From Octopus bimaculoides (Eukaryota): a stretch of 64,000 nucleotides of DNA. Position 1 is the first letter of the stretch, and each line of letters opens with the position of its first letter. A model generated the notes under the pieces. The model was not told the origin of the DNA and searched no databases. It was given only the letters and a program-made list of their open reading frames with translations. Made by a program: the position numbers and the translations under genes. This document shows positions 12,695-25,932 of this stretch, in pieces. The DNA is taken from NCBI RefSeq assembly GCF_001194135.2, contig NC_068992.1, forward strand, positions 16,399,960 to 16,463,959, read 5' to 3'.

Positions 12695-13340
12695 AACGAC
12701 GGTGATGATGATGACGACGATGATGATGATGATGATGATGATGACAGTGATGATGCTGATGAAGATGATAATGTTGCTGATGCTGCTGCTGATGATGATG
12801 ATGATGACGACGACGGTGATGATGATGATGAGGATGCTATTACTGTCACTTGCGTTGTTGTTGTTGTTGTTGTTGTTGTTGTTGCTGTTGCTGTTGCTGA
12901 TGTTATTGCAGCTGCAACAGTTGCTGCAACACTTATTGCCGCCGCTGCTGTTGTACTTATTGTTTCTCTTGCTGTTGTTGTCGCTTTTGCTATTCTTAAT
13001 GTTATTGTTGTCAGTGTGCTAGCCATTATTCAACTACTAATTCCTTCGCAATTCCAACTTTGCATATTTTTTTGTTGTCGTCCTTTCTTCTTGTTGATAT
13101 CGTTGTTGTTGTTGTTGTTGTTGTTGGGGTTCATGTTGTTGTTGTTGTTATAAGGATACACTAACCACGTCACCTATTTAAGTGGTTATTGTTACCGTCT
13201 TTAATTACGATGGCTATGACGATGATGTTAATGATGTTGGTGGTGGTTTAGGTGGTGGTGTTCTTGTCAGTGTAGTAGTTCTGATAGTGGTGATGGCGGT
13301 GGTGGTGGTGGCATTGGTGGTGGCGGTGGTGGTGGTTCCT
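12200..13340. repeat. Compound degenerate trinucleotide array (GAT/GAC/GCT/GTT/GGT)
   Basis: Continuous period-3 repeats with motif switching. Source of the low-complexity ORFs 12112-13026 and 12201-13022. Confidence 0.95.
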
Positions 13341-13399
13341 TGCCACTAGATGTCTCTGTGAATGCTAAATCTACCATTCTAGTCATATTAGCATCATCA

Positions 13400-14440
13400 T
13401 TTGGATACTTAGACATTATTTCCCCTCTTCTATTTTTTTCCTTCTTTTAACTTCTCTCCTTCTTCTTTTCCTTTGTTATTTCTTCTTTTTCTCCTTCTTC
13501 TCTTTCCCCTTTCTTTTCTTCTTATCTCCTTCTTCCTTTTCTTTTATCTCTGCATTTCCCCCTTCTTATTATTCTTTTATTTTTTTTGTTTCTTTATTCA
13601 TTCTATTTTTTTCTTTGTAATTCTGATTCTTCATCACCATCATCATCATCATTATCACTACCATCACCATCACTATCATTATCATCATCTTCATCTTTCC
13701 CGCTTTCATCTCTATTTTAATTTTAACCCACTTGCCATCCTCCCCCACAATTCCTCTTCCTTTCTCTCTTTCTTCTTCTTCTTCTTCTTCTTCTTCTTCT
13801 TCTTCTTCTTCTTCTTCTTCTTCTTCTTCTTCTTCTTCTTCTTCTTCTTTCATTACTTCTTTCCTTTCTTGCTTTTTATTTTTATTTATGTTTGTTTCTT
13901 TATTCTATCTCATCCCCCTCTTTATCTTATTTATGTCATTCTGGTTTACCATCGTCACCAGCATCATCACTATCGGCGCGTTTGTATCCTCTTTTCAGTT
14001 TTTTATTTCTTTTAGAATTTTATCTCAATTCTTCTTCTTCTTCTTCTTCTTCTTCTTCTTCTTCTTCTTCTTCTTCTTCTTCTTCTATTATTATTATTTA
14101 TTTTCTGTCATCTCTCTCTACTCCATTATTCCACTGTTTCTTCAAACTCGTTATCAATATCTTTTGTCTATAGTTTCTTTATACTTTTTTAATTGCATCT
14201 AAAATTATTCTTTTTCTTCTTAGTCTTCTTCTTCTTCCTATATTTTTCTTCTTCTTCCTTTTTCTTCTTCTCCTTCTTCTTCCTTTTCTTCTTCTTCTTC
14301 TTCTTCTACTTCATCTCCTTCTTCTTCCTTTACTTCTTTTTCTTCTTCTTCTTCTTCTTCTTCTTCTTCTTCTGTTTCTTCTTCTTCTTCTTCTTCTTCT
14401 TCTTCTTCTTCTTCATCATCTTCTTCTTCATCTTCTACTT
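13400..14440 (+). repeat. ~1 kb pyrimidine-rich tract with (TTC)n arrays
   Basis: The plus strand is overwhelmingly T/C, with perfect TTC runs near 13770-13850, 14030-14085 and 14340-14415. Confidence 0.92.
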
Positions 14441-14577
14441 TACCATTGCCACCATCACTACAACCACCACCAATACANNNNNNNNNNNNNNNNNNNNNNN
14501 NNNNNNNNNNNNNNNNNNNNNNNNNNNNNNNNNNNNNNNNNNNNNNNNNNNNNNNNNNNNNNNNNNNNNNNNNNNNN

Positions 14578-14650
<73 letters not shown>

Positions 14651-15415
14651 CACACACAGAGTTTTTTCATTTTTCTTACACTTTATGTTCTTCAGCAACT
14701 TCCGGATTTGGTGTCCCTCTTCTTCCATTTTCCTTTTCGTGTAGTTTGTCTTGGTGATACCATTACTCTAATTGAGAGATTCTTGCTGTTGCTGTTGTTG
14801 CTGTGGTGGTGGTAGTGGTGGCGATGGTGGTGGTGGTGTCGCTTTGGCTCCGGTGTTACAAATTGCTGTTTTCTGATATTTCTAGAATTCTTTTTTTTTT
14901 TTTTTTTACATTTCTCGATATTGCTTTCTGGTTTAAAATCCCGCAATACATGGAAGTCAAAAAGTCATTTTCGTACAGTTCCTGACAACAATTAATTGTT
15001 TATTTCTGTTAAGTCTGAGAATCGGTAAATTCTCTACAGCATTAGGTGAAGTGTACCACGTCATTTGTCCTAACACCCTACTCTCTCACTTCATCTCCTG
15101 CTGAAGACAAACTCAGTTTTTTGTATTATTTCGGGGTCAATTAAAACAAAAAAAAACCCATACAAATCCAGGATGCTGACTGAGAGAAGTTGCTAGTCGC
15201 TTTGGATCCTTTCGCTGCAGTATTTGATGGAGTTATTATTCATTTATTTTAATACCTGTTTACTTATAGTTATTGGAGTGTGGCCATTCTGGAGCAATAC
15301 CTTGTGAGATTTACAGTTCTATATTTAAGAGATGAGGAGTTATGTACCTTAATTACATTATTTACAATTGACAGATATTTGTCCTCATCTTGCTTGTGGT
15401 TTTATATATATATAT

Positions 15416-15591
15416 AGGCGCAAGAGTGGCTGTGTGGTAAGTAGCTTGCTTACCAACCACATGGTTCCGGGTTCAGTCCCATTGCGTGGCATCTTGGGCA
15501 AGTGTCTTCTACTAATTCCTCGTGCCAACCAAAGCCATGTGAGTGGATTTAGTTGACGAAATTGAAAGAAGACCGTCGTATGCGTATATGA

Positions 15592-15622
<31 letters not shown>

Positions 15623-15730
15623 TTGTGTACGCGTATGCGCGTGTCCTTGTGCTTGTGTTTGACTCCTACTACCGCTTGCCAACCGGTACCGGTGTGTTTA
15701 CGTCCCCGTAATCCAGTGATTCGGCAAACA
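15416..15730 (+). mobile_element. SINE family B, 3'-truncated
   Basis: GGCGCAAGAGTGGCTGTGTGGTAAGTAGCTTGCTTACCAACCACATGGTTCCGGGTTCAGTCCC, internal (TG)n, then GTGTTTACGTCCCCGTAA. Confidence 0.88.
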
Positions 15731-16166
15731 TTATTTTAGAAGTGTGAACATTGGCGTCCGAGTGAACAAATACCCAACGGGAAATCGCTGATTCAGAAAC
15801 ACGTCTCAATGTAACAGTAATAAGTAGGTATATGTCAATCAACACGGAACAATCATCGAGAATGAAAATAAATTATCGTATTGAATAAAAGATATGGAGA
15901 GTTAAATAATATGATAACATTATATTATCTAGATTGCTAGACCTCCTATTACAAGTTTCAGCTCGCCATGTGGACATTTGTAAAGCTTTAGTATTCCAAA
16001 AGGACAATACTCATGAACACCATCCTCCTTTTCTTTAATAACCTGAAATTTGCAGCATAGATATCAGGTATGTGATACTGCAATGTGCATGGATACATAA
16101 CACATACATACACACATGGGATGTATGTGTGCGTNNNNNNNNNNGTGTGCGTGTGTGTGTGTGTGT

Positions 16167-16205
<39 letters not shown>

Positions 16206-16839
16206 TGTATGTGTGTGTGTGAAGGAATGTAGAAAAGGAAAAATATAATAGAACTAAGGTACAGCTCTTAGTAAATTCTATAATTGATTTTATCCAACTC
16301 CCTTTTCGTAGGCTTAGAATATTTATAATCACAACAAATTTCTGGAGGTCACTGAAATCATATAATACCTACTATTGTGACATTTATTTATGCAACTTCA
16401 TCATTGCTGATAAGAAAACATTTATCATGAAAGAGAGTGGGAAAATGCCGAAAAAGTAAAATATCTTCGAAAGCGTTTTGCTCCTTTTATTTCCATCGTT
16501 TTACGTCCTGAGTTTAAATTCTTATATGATCGTATTTGATTTTATTCTTCTCGTGTTAAATAAGATATAGCACCTGTGGGTGTCACCAATTGAAACTTCA
16601 TTGAAATATGCTATGTACGTTAAAAAATATAACTGAAATTTAAACCAACTAGTCGACCATCCTTTATTGCTTGATTCTAGATTTATTGCAACGAATGAGT
16701 GACGTTATCTACAGTCGAATAATAGTTACAATCACGCTACGTTTTTTGGTCATTGATCTAGACTTGTTAGAATGAACGAATGTTTAGTGCACTTGGTGAT
16801 TTGTCGTAAAAAGTTTTTTTAGGAAATTCTCTTTGAATT

Positions 16840-17300
16840 TGAAATAATTTTACTTCAGACTGCTTTTTAATGTTGCAACAGGGATATTGGGAGAATGTTT
16901 CGACCGATATGCAATGTCACAAATGATATCAGTATTCAAATCACGAAAAACATCTATCAAAGGCAGTCAGTCTTTAATCTTGACGATATTCCATGACAAC
17001 TGAGACGATAACTATTGCGATGGTTGGCACTGAAATCATTGGAAATAGTCGTTTTTTTTTATTTTTTGGTTTGTGAAGTTTTGAAACAAGTATTTTTGAA
17101 GAATGCTTCTTTGTGAAGTTTCCGAAGAAGTGGATATCTCTAAACAGTACGTGTTATATGATTATGAAAGAAAAAATTGAAAAGGCGTCGTGTTGCGCAA
17201 AATTTGTGTTGCATTCATTGGCAAATAAAAAGAGGACCGAGCCACAGTTAGAGAGGAAGTGTCGAAACAAAATGACGGTCGTTATAATAATGCAGATCAG
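16840..17300 (+). mobile_element. Decayed mariner-family transposase fragment (N-terminal HTH region)
   Basis: Frame-shifted pieces GECFDRYAMSQMISVFKSRKTSIKGSQSL and IMKEKIEKASCCAKFVLHSL resemble mariner YG..AMS...V.EW..RFK.GRES and KVCA(R/K)(W/F)VPH.L motifs. Confidence 0.55.
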
Positions 17301-17456
17301 AGTCACGAGCACTAAAAAGTATAGCACTTCAATATTAATCAAATGTGAAGATTATTGTGGCTGCCTTGGTGTGTTTGAAAGGGAATCGCTTCTAATGAAC
17401 CTTTTCTGTTCGTCAGAAGAAGAGTTGTATTTATTTGAAGAGATGTATCAAGATAT

Positions 17457-18062
17457 AGGCGTAGGAGTGGCTGTGTGGTAAGTAGCTTGCTTAACAACCA
17501 CATGGTTCCGGGTTCAGTCCCACTGCTTGGCACCTTGGGAGAGAGTCTTCTACTATAGCCTCGGGCCGACCAAAGACTTGTGAGTGGATTTGGTAGACGG
17601 AAACTGAAAGTAGCCCGTCGTATCTATGTATATATATATATATNNNNNNNNNNNNNNNNNNNNNNNNNNNNNNNNNNNNNNNNNNNNNNNNNNNNNNNNN
17701 NNNNNNNNNNNNNNNNNNNNNNNNNNNNNNNNNNNNNNNNNNNNNNNNNNNNNNNNNNNNNNNNNNNNNNNNNNNNNNNNNNNNNNNNNNNNNNNNNNNN
17801 NNNNNNNNNNNNNNNNNNNNNNNNNNNNNNNNNNNNNNNNNNNNNNNNNNNNNNNNNNNNNNNNNNNNNNNNNNNNNNNNNNNNNNNNNNNNNNNNNNNN
17901 NNNNNNNNNNNNNNNNNNNNNNNNNNNNNNNNNNNNNNNNNNNNNNNNNNNNNNNNNNNNNNNNNNNNNNNNNNNNNNNNNNNNNNNNNNNNNNNNNNNN
18001 NNNNNNNNNNGCTCCAGCATGGCCACAGTAAAAAGATTGAAACAAGTAAAAGAGTAAAAGAC
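17457..18062 (+). mobile_element. SINE family B spanning an assembly gap
   Basis: Head at 17457 (GGCGTAGGAGTGGCTGTGTGG). The tail GCTCCAGCATGGCC..GAAACAAGTAAAAGAGTAAAAG follows the N-run, which replaces the internal microsatellite. Confidence 0.88.
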
Positions 18063-18769
18063 ATATCGTTCTGAATGAGATGGAGCTAAGAATGAAACTC
18101 GAGTCAAGATTTTTCCCAAACTCAAACGTTCATTTTTCAACATTCCTGGTATTGTCACCACTTCTAGGGATAGATTCGGCTTTATCAAATGTAGACCTAT
18201 GTATGGAACTTGACATAATTTTGGAAACATACTTTCAAATGTCATTAAAAGTAAATGCAATTACAAAAGTGAAAACAAAAGTCATGATTTAAGTATCTTC
18301 AGTAAATAAAAAGCATCACATTTGAACAACTTTCACTATTTTCAATCTGACAATTTTCAAAAGTCTTGATGGTAACAGAAATGTCTTTTATACGATTAGA
18401 TGTATATAAATAACTCATTTCCGGGATCGTTGGCATCATACATAATTCATACTTGTGGAATATGTCTGCAGATATAGGAACATTGTGCTTGTTTTATTGT
18501 GGCTATCATTGCAATACAGATGAGACATGTTTTGAGCATTTCTTATGAAGCTGACAGCTTTTGAATGCTAAAGGTTTTAATGGTGAATTCTCGTAGATCA
18601 AGATAACTATTTGTCAAGCATTGTGAGAGAACTTCATGGTATGTATGTTCTTTATGGAGCTATGCCTTCACAAATATGCATTTGCTCACTTTATAACTGT
18701 TGACAATTCTGAAATTGCTTTCCCTCAAGTGACAACTCGCTGACATGTTTTGTAGTTTAGAAATATGAC

Positions 18770-19620
18770 CAGTTGCATGAGGAAAAATGCGAAAGCAGCC
18801 CTGATTTTTTTCTGTATACTAGGCAGCGAAATAAAATCTCCGATTTTGTGAATAAAGCTTACCTAACTTGATATGAAACTGGGTGACCATGACAAAGCAC
18901 ATATAGTCTGTAAAATATGTGTTGAAGACCTGAGTCTGAGATTGCTTCACATACTTAAAGAGAACATTTCCAGCTTTATACAGTGACAAAATTAACGTTG
19001 GTGTGTTTGACGGTCACAGATTAGGTGGCTATTGAAGGACGAGCAGATTTATAAACCATATCTGGCGTCCATGAAGGAGCATGGAATGCTCCATCAAATT
19101 ATGAAGAACAAGTGCTAACCGTGTTAACCAGATTTAGAACCCTCGGCTGCTACGTGCATATAAAAGCGCATTTTCTGCATAGACATCTGGACTCCTTCAA
19201 TGAAATAATTTCAATGCAATAAGTAGTCGTGAGCAATGAGAAAGATTCCAAGACACCGAGACTATGAAGACTACGTATCAAGGCAGATGGAACAAAACAT
19301 GATGGCTGACTGTTGCTGTCGTACTGCAAATTATTCACGGAAAGCAGCAACGAGAAAGTTCACTCCTTGATTAACTGAAACTACAGTTTGACAGAAATAT
19401 TTATCCTGAGATGTGTAATTAAACATTTTGTGTCAGAGGTTTGTTACACCATAAAAAAAAACCATTTGGTTTGTATCAGTTTCTTATTGCATTTAAGGTA
19501 AAATTCACATTTTTTTGGTAAGGTATGAATTCCTGTTTAACAAAAATCTTGACCTGATAGAAAAATTCTGGGGGATTTTTTAACCCACAAATTTCAAATT
19601 AGGTAAGACTAAGAACCTTT
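18770..19620 (+). mobile_element. Internally deleted, decayed DNA transposase, Chapaev3-like (CMC superfamily)
   Basis: Pieces RKKCESSPDFF, KAYL..MKLGDHDKAHIVCKICVEDL, FTYLKRTFPAL..KINVGVFDG, LGCYVHIKAHFLHRHLDSF and TMKTTYQGRWN..MMAD occur in the order expected for this transposase type. Family name is from recall of motifs. Confidence 0.65.
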
Positions 19621-20189
19621 CGAAAATACTCTCCAAACTTATCAATAAAACAATAAAATCAGCTGACCAGCCCTATTGCTTACGGACAAACAATACAATT
19701 GACCTTATTTAGAGGGTAAATGATAAAAACGACGTGATAGAATAGAATTAACTGTAGTTTTGAAATCAGCCAATTTTAGCTAAAATCAAGTGAAAATGTA
19801 AACTCAGCAGAGATTCTGTTCAAAATTGTTCCGTATTATATGTAAATACTTATCTACTTACATACTGTTATCACACAAGAAGCTCCTGAATAATCTAAAT
19901 TCTAATATAACAATTATATTGAATAATGAAAGCGGTAAGCCTTACAAAACCAACTCTTGTCCTGGTGACGAGAATACCACGTTTGACTAGCGGCTGTCTA
20001 TACACTTACAAGAGGTGCTATATAATACAGTATATCATAAAATAAGAATCCAAACTTTCAATTAGAAAACATTAGTAAATAAGAAATCTATCCCATTCAG
20101 TATTTCTCAGAAAATATAGATAAAGGAAGCTATACTTACAAGGAAGACATTTATTTTCCATATAAACACACGCATAACACTCAACCACC

Positions 20190-20320
20190 GATGATGACTT
20201 TGCCTTTCATCCTTTCGAGGTCGATAAAATAAGTATCAGTTGCACACTGGGGTCGATGTAATCAATTCATCCCCACCTCCTCCAAGCTGCCCTTGTGGCA
20301 AAAATTCGAAATAGTTATTT
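20190..20320 (+). mobile_element. SINE A, core and 3' part
   Basis: GACTTTGCCTTTCATCCTTTCGAGGTCGATAAAATAAGTATCAG..CTGGGGTCGATGTAATC. Confidence 0.85.
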
Positions 20321-20819
20321 CCAGATCAAATATGCTTGTGACACGTTTGAACTCGTAGACACGCCATTCATTGTGTTTTGTCAAGGATAAAATTTCTCGC
20401 TGTAGACAAATGGTGTAAATACGCCTAAATCAGTTCGCTGTGCCACCTATTTAGACTGTTAGATGCAAGCATATCGGAGTGGTTATCTCCTCTTCGTTAA
20501 CAAACACTAGGCAGGTGGCGCTGCGAAGTGATAGAAGAGATTCTTTCTCTTATACTATTTCAGTCGCCTTACGGTGTCTGATCAGCGCTATGCGGCGGCT
20601 CACCGTGTGCAAATCCAGGAAAGGGAGCGCTAAGCAGTGAAGTATAGAATTGTAATGTTATTATCAGTACAAATATGCGTGTGGAACGTTTGAACTCGAA
20701 GACAGCCCATTCACTGTGTTTTGTTAACAAGAACATTTCTCGCTGCAGACAAATAATGACAAATGCTGACAATTGATAGGAGTCGCTGCGAACGGACAGG
20801 TGTATGTACACCATTTGTC

Positions 20820-21015
20820 TATAGCGAAAAGTTCTTGCTGTTTCAAACAGTTCTGATTTTTGTAGGCGTTCTATCTTCGTATTTGTGCCAATCTTTTTGA
20901 AACATGTGCATAGTTGAGTGCTGACACTCTCAAGCGCCCCAATTATTATCACGTCTACTCTCCTCGTTGACCACAACCTTCGTATTTCCTTTTTGACTGG
21001 TGAGCACTTTTGACA
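20820..21015 (-). mobile_element. R4/Dong-like REL C-terminal fragment (second subfamily)
   Basis: KKEIRRLWSTRRVDVIIIGALESVSTQLCTCFKKIGTNTKIERLQKSELFETARTFR within the ORF 20569-21063. Confidence 0.75.
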
Positions 21016-21222
21016 GTTAATTTTCCACGATTTTATTGGATTGTTTGAAGAAGCTTCCGCCAAACAAAGGGTTCGAATGAGTCAAACAAATTAATATTTA
21101 AAGGAAGTAATTAACACCCTGGAGGTACGATTTATATAAAAGGGAGGCCATATGTCACTCATTCATTACAATTTCAAGCTATCTTGCAGATATTAAAATA
21201 AACTTTACCGTATGAATACACA

Positions 21223-21840
21223 ATGCCTAAGAGGAAATCCTATTCTGTAAAGGAAAAGTTAAATCTGGTTGACCGCATACGAAATAGCGGAATCAAAGCC
21301 AAACTATTGAGTGAGACTGGTGTTCCAGAGTCCGCCCTGCGTGGTTGGGTTAAGGATGAGGTTAAACTCAGGAGTTATATAAATATAGTTGTGGACAGTG
21401 AGGGCCTAGCTAGGAAGAAGGCCAGGACTGCCACTGACAGTGAACTTGAGAAAGCAGTTTTCATCTGGTTGTCCAGGAGCAAAGTGACAGCAACTCCCTG
21501 GCAGGCGTCATTATCAGGATCCAGGAAGAGAAGTTTCATAGCCAGCTGCATCCAGAACAACGTGCCTGGGCTGACCAGCAGACCTTTCTAGCCAAGGGAT
21601 GATTGTACTGGTTCCAGAGGCGCCATGGTGTAGGTGATGTCAAGATCAGTGGGGAGCAGAGATCAGAAGACAGCCAAGCTGCAGATGACTTCCCAGGTAC
21701 TCTTAAGTAGCACATGGAAGCAGAGTCCCTCACCCCAGAACAACTGTACGATGCAGACGGGTCTGGATTCTACTGGAAGATGCTACCAAGCAACACCCTA
21801 ACAGTAACAACAGATGCCCATAAGACCTTGGGCTACAAAT
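21223..21840 (+). mobile_element. Decayed pogo/Tigger (Jerky/TIGD-like) transposase, N-terminal ~200 codons
   Basis: MPKRKSYSVKEKL..GVPESALRGWVK (psq-type HTH), RKKARTATDSELEKAVFIW (CENP-B-type HTH), then out of frame LYWFQRRHGV and QLYDADGSGFYWKMLP (start of the DDE domain). It has internal stops and is cut by (TA)n. Confidence 0.85.
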
Positions 21841-21850
21841 ACATTTGTGC

Positions 21851-21890
<40 letters not shown>

Positions 21891-22226
21891 CATATAAAAG
21901 GGTAACGGATTATTAATTTCTTGATAACTTAATATTTAATAATTTTTACCAAGCCGTTCGGTATGTAAACACCATTATCGGTGAAGAACTTATTTAAAAG
22001 TTCTTATAAATTTATAAACATAATTAAGCGATCAGCAACAGTTGCTTCACCACATACCGAAGTTCAGAAATAGCAGTTATATATATAAACGCACAAATAT
22101 GATGAAGTGAAGGAATGACCATGATTATTGCTGATCGCTTCCTTCTACTTGATCATCTTTAAGTTCATGAAGATGATGCATAACGAACGTTCTTTGCGCC
22201 TTATTAATACATACATACCTAAATGT

Positions 22227-22267
<41 letters not shown>

Positions 22268-22277
22268 NNNNNNNNNN

Positions 22278-22323
<46 letters not shown>

Positions 22324-24706
22324 AAATGTAAGAGCGTGTGCATGATTGCCATGGTAGATATGTATGTTTACATACTGTGTACAATGCTTAAGCAGTGACA
22401 GCCACTTCCCTATTCATGTGTATATATGTGCATGTACATGAATTACTTGTGTACCCATATAAAAAGGCTTTGCCGCTATTTCTTGTGGGAAGTTTTCCCT
22501 TTCACCTGTCGTGTTCCTTAATGGCAATCACTTAAGCATTCATACGGAATCTGCACATTAACTATATTATAAATTCATAGCCTTGTATTTATGCAATTAA
22601 TTGCTATTTCATGCGTTTATTATGATATTTCCTTGACAGGAGAATTTAAGTAAAGCTTCTCGTGGCAAATTCAAATGATTAACTTATTTTCGATTCAATT
22701 GCTAAAGTTACTTTTGTTTACTTATGGAATAATATCGGTTATAAATCATGCCTATAACACTAAATCATAAATGTCTTCTACACATTCATTGTAGTTTCCT
22801 CCAGAAATATTTTACAATGTAAAGGAACTACTGTTACAATTTATCAATAATTTGCGTCCTCGGGTTTCACACAATATCCTATGAAGTTTCAGATTTTTTT
22901 AATGTATCTATCATATTTCTAAGAAATTTTCTAAATGTATGAACGACATAATTTCCGTTTCACTCTCATCTTCAAAATATAATAATTATAAAATAATTGT
23001 GTTTGTCGCAGCCAAAAGTGGAAAGTGAGTCGTACATACCTTTGCCAAATGTTATACTAAATCTGCTTGTCATTGCGTTACTTATCCCGTTGGTAACGCT
23101 TTCAAGTGATTAGTGTAAAAGGGAGAGAATGTAAATAGGGAGTAAGACAAAGTGGGAGGGGGAAAAGAGGGAGAGAGAAACGTCTATGATATGAGGTAGA
23201 GAGAAGCGTCCATGATATGAGGTAGAGGGAATGTAATTGTAGAGCTTTCACGTGATTAGTTGTAGAGAAAGAGAGAAAGAAAAAAGGAGAGAAAGAGGAT
23301 AAGGTGAAGAGCGAGATAGAAAGAGGGCGAAAGGAAAAAGGGAGAGAGAAGCGTCCATGACGTGGGGTAGGGGGGACGAAATATCTATTACATGGTTAAA
23401 AAAGTTAGTTAAAGATCGAGGAGGGGAGTCTAAAATATAATTTTAGCAAAAGGGGAGATGTTCTGATGGTAAGGTTACAGAGAGGCAGAAAGAGAGAGGG
23501 AGGAGAGAGAGGTAGGAGACAGAGAGGAAAGAGATATGATGATGATGGTGGTGGTGGTGGTGGGAGAGATGGAGGAGGTGGTGATTGGTTAGCGTGATGT
23601 GTATTTGTTTTTAATTGAACTAAGTTATCTATATCACCTATCACTTGACCCATAAGCATATGTGAAATTTCGTGAAATATTCAAGCTTATTTACGTGGTA
23701 GATATATGCAATTTAACTGAAGACTGTATTATATGTATGAGATATGTTTTCTTCTTTATGGGGGAAATGGAAAAATAAGATTGGATATTTATTTTATGAA
23801 TGCTGTACATTAAGCCTATAAAATTGTGCATAAGTATATAAAGCGTATGTATAAAGTGCAGTAAGTAATCCTCGTATTCCATTTTCTTTCACTTTTCAAT
23901 GAGCAGCAGTTGAGTGACTATCTTTCCATACGGGCACACCACGGGCTACGCTTTCAGGTTTTTTAGATAAAGTTTTCGGAAATAGCCCAATAGGTTTACC
24001 ATTAATTCCGTGAAATATTCACGGGTTCCGCAGATGTCGTATAAATATGATAGCTACAGTCATTTATGATTTGAAACATTAGACCAGACTGGATTCTGAC
24101 CGAGGATTAAATTGCTCATCATGAAAATCGCTGGTTTACGTACGTTATATTTCTGAAGGAAAATACAACATTATTCACTATATCTATGACTCAGAATAAT
24201 GGTGAAAATTTAAGGAGGGTATTTTTTTTTATGAGCAGAGAAAAATTACTTAAGCAAGTGGAAACGAGTAATTCTCTTAAATTTTCCGCGAGACAACATT
24301 TTAATTCACATGCCAAGAAAATACCATATTAAAAGCTTGAAATAATAACATAACATAGCAATGAATGACGTAATAAAAAAGCTATGGATATACAATATAG
24401 TTGGTGTGTAGATCCTATAAGAACGCCGATGTGTTCTTATAGGATGGGTAACTCAATAGAAATGAAAGAGAATATATCCAAAAGGAAGTAGCAACAGCGC
24501 CAGTAAAAATTAAATATCAGCTTTTATTTGTCAGTTTAAAAAAAATTAACACAAATTTTTAAATAATAACAAAAATACCACAGGGCAATTTCCTCTTACA
24601 TAGTGTCGCATACATGAGAAGGATTTAGTCGGGGAAATCAATCCCATTAATCATTTTTAGGACTGGTATATATATATTCATGTGTTCATATGTATACAAC
24701 TGTATA

Positions 24707-24746
<40 letters not shown>

Positions 24747-25932
24747 TATATATATATGTTTGTGTGTGTGTGTGTGTGTAATGACACTCATACATGTATA
24801 TATGTATTAACATAGTAGGAAGACAGGGTGAGAGAGAGAGAGAGAAAGAGAGAGAGACTATCTAAACGTAATGACGGAAGATATAGCAAGTCCTTTTTAT
24901 TCGATGACTCCACACAGTGTTTCAAATAGGAAGGAAATTAAAGGACCAGTCATGGTAAGTGAAACCATTCCCAATCTATTCACTTGTAAAAGGGTAAAAA
25001 ATCATTGGCATTAATATTACAAATTTAAGAATTCAGCAGCCAAGATCTTTTCAAAAATATATACAATATATTTGGCATCGCTGAATAATAGTCATTATGA
25101 AACTATAGATATGTTACATTCGCATTACTGTTGTATGTACGTCACTGGCAAGTATTTCCTGTCTATTGTATTCTGACTCCAGTATTTAATATTCCAAAGA
25201 TCATCGTAGAATGACCTGCAACTCGAGGCCAACATTTCAAAGGACTAATGTATGAATCTGAATCATTTTATATCGTCATTTTATAAATCTTTTTTTCTGT
25301 AAATGCGTTATATGTCATGCCTGCTGCGCTCGAATCTAAATCGGTAAAGGATAGGTTTATTTTTCGATGTATGACTACCAATCAAGAAGCCATTATAAGA
25401 AATACTCTGAATAAAAACACAAATGAGAAATTTCCCTTTCGCTTTTTTTATACAATGCCTACATTTAAAAAATGCAATGGATCCGACGGGCCTGTATAAG
25501 AGTTCCAAGAAAGGGCAAACACCGCATAAATTATGCGTAGGAAGTGTGAAATATAAAACCAAAAACCTCAATGTACACATTGAAAACAAGACGCTCACTA
25601 TGAGATGAAGCCTTTTCATTACAGGTGATCGGATGATGTATCTAACAAATGGTTTGCAACCAAGTAATTGTAATTACAGTAGTCAACTGGTAACATCACT
25701 CGTGATTAAAGAGAGCGGCGAGATTTGTACTCTTGTAATATATTTGTAAGGAAAAATAGAATCAAACAGAAATACACACACGAACATTATATATATATGC
25801 GTGTGCATCGTTGGCGATTTTCTTTCTCCGTCTTCCCTTCTTTGGACTTTTTCTATATTTCTGCTGAACAGCTCCACTCGAAACTTGAAATCCTCTTTCT
25901 TTTCTTTCTTTTCCTGAGCGTCCAATAACACT

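Noticed and set aside
13240-13420. Minus-strand 49-codon ORF MSKYPNDDANMTRMVDLAFTETSSGKEPPPP...
   Set aside because: It is short, half derived from a (CCA)n repeat, and has no recognisable homology or clear splice context.
25625-25663. 39-nt symmetric exon candidate (GDRMMYLTNGLQP), plus similar ones ending at ~24952 and starting at 57720
   Set aside because: Donors or acceptors are weak, or no partner site was found. Such matches are expected by chance in AT-rich DNA.
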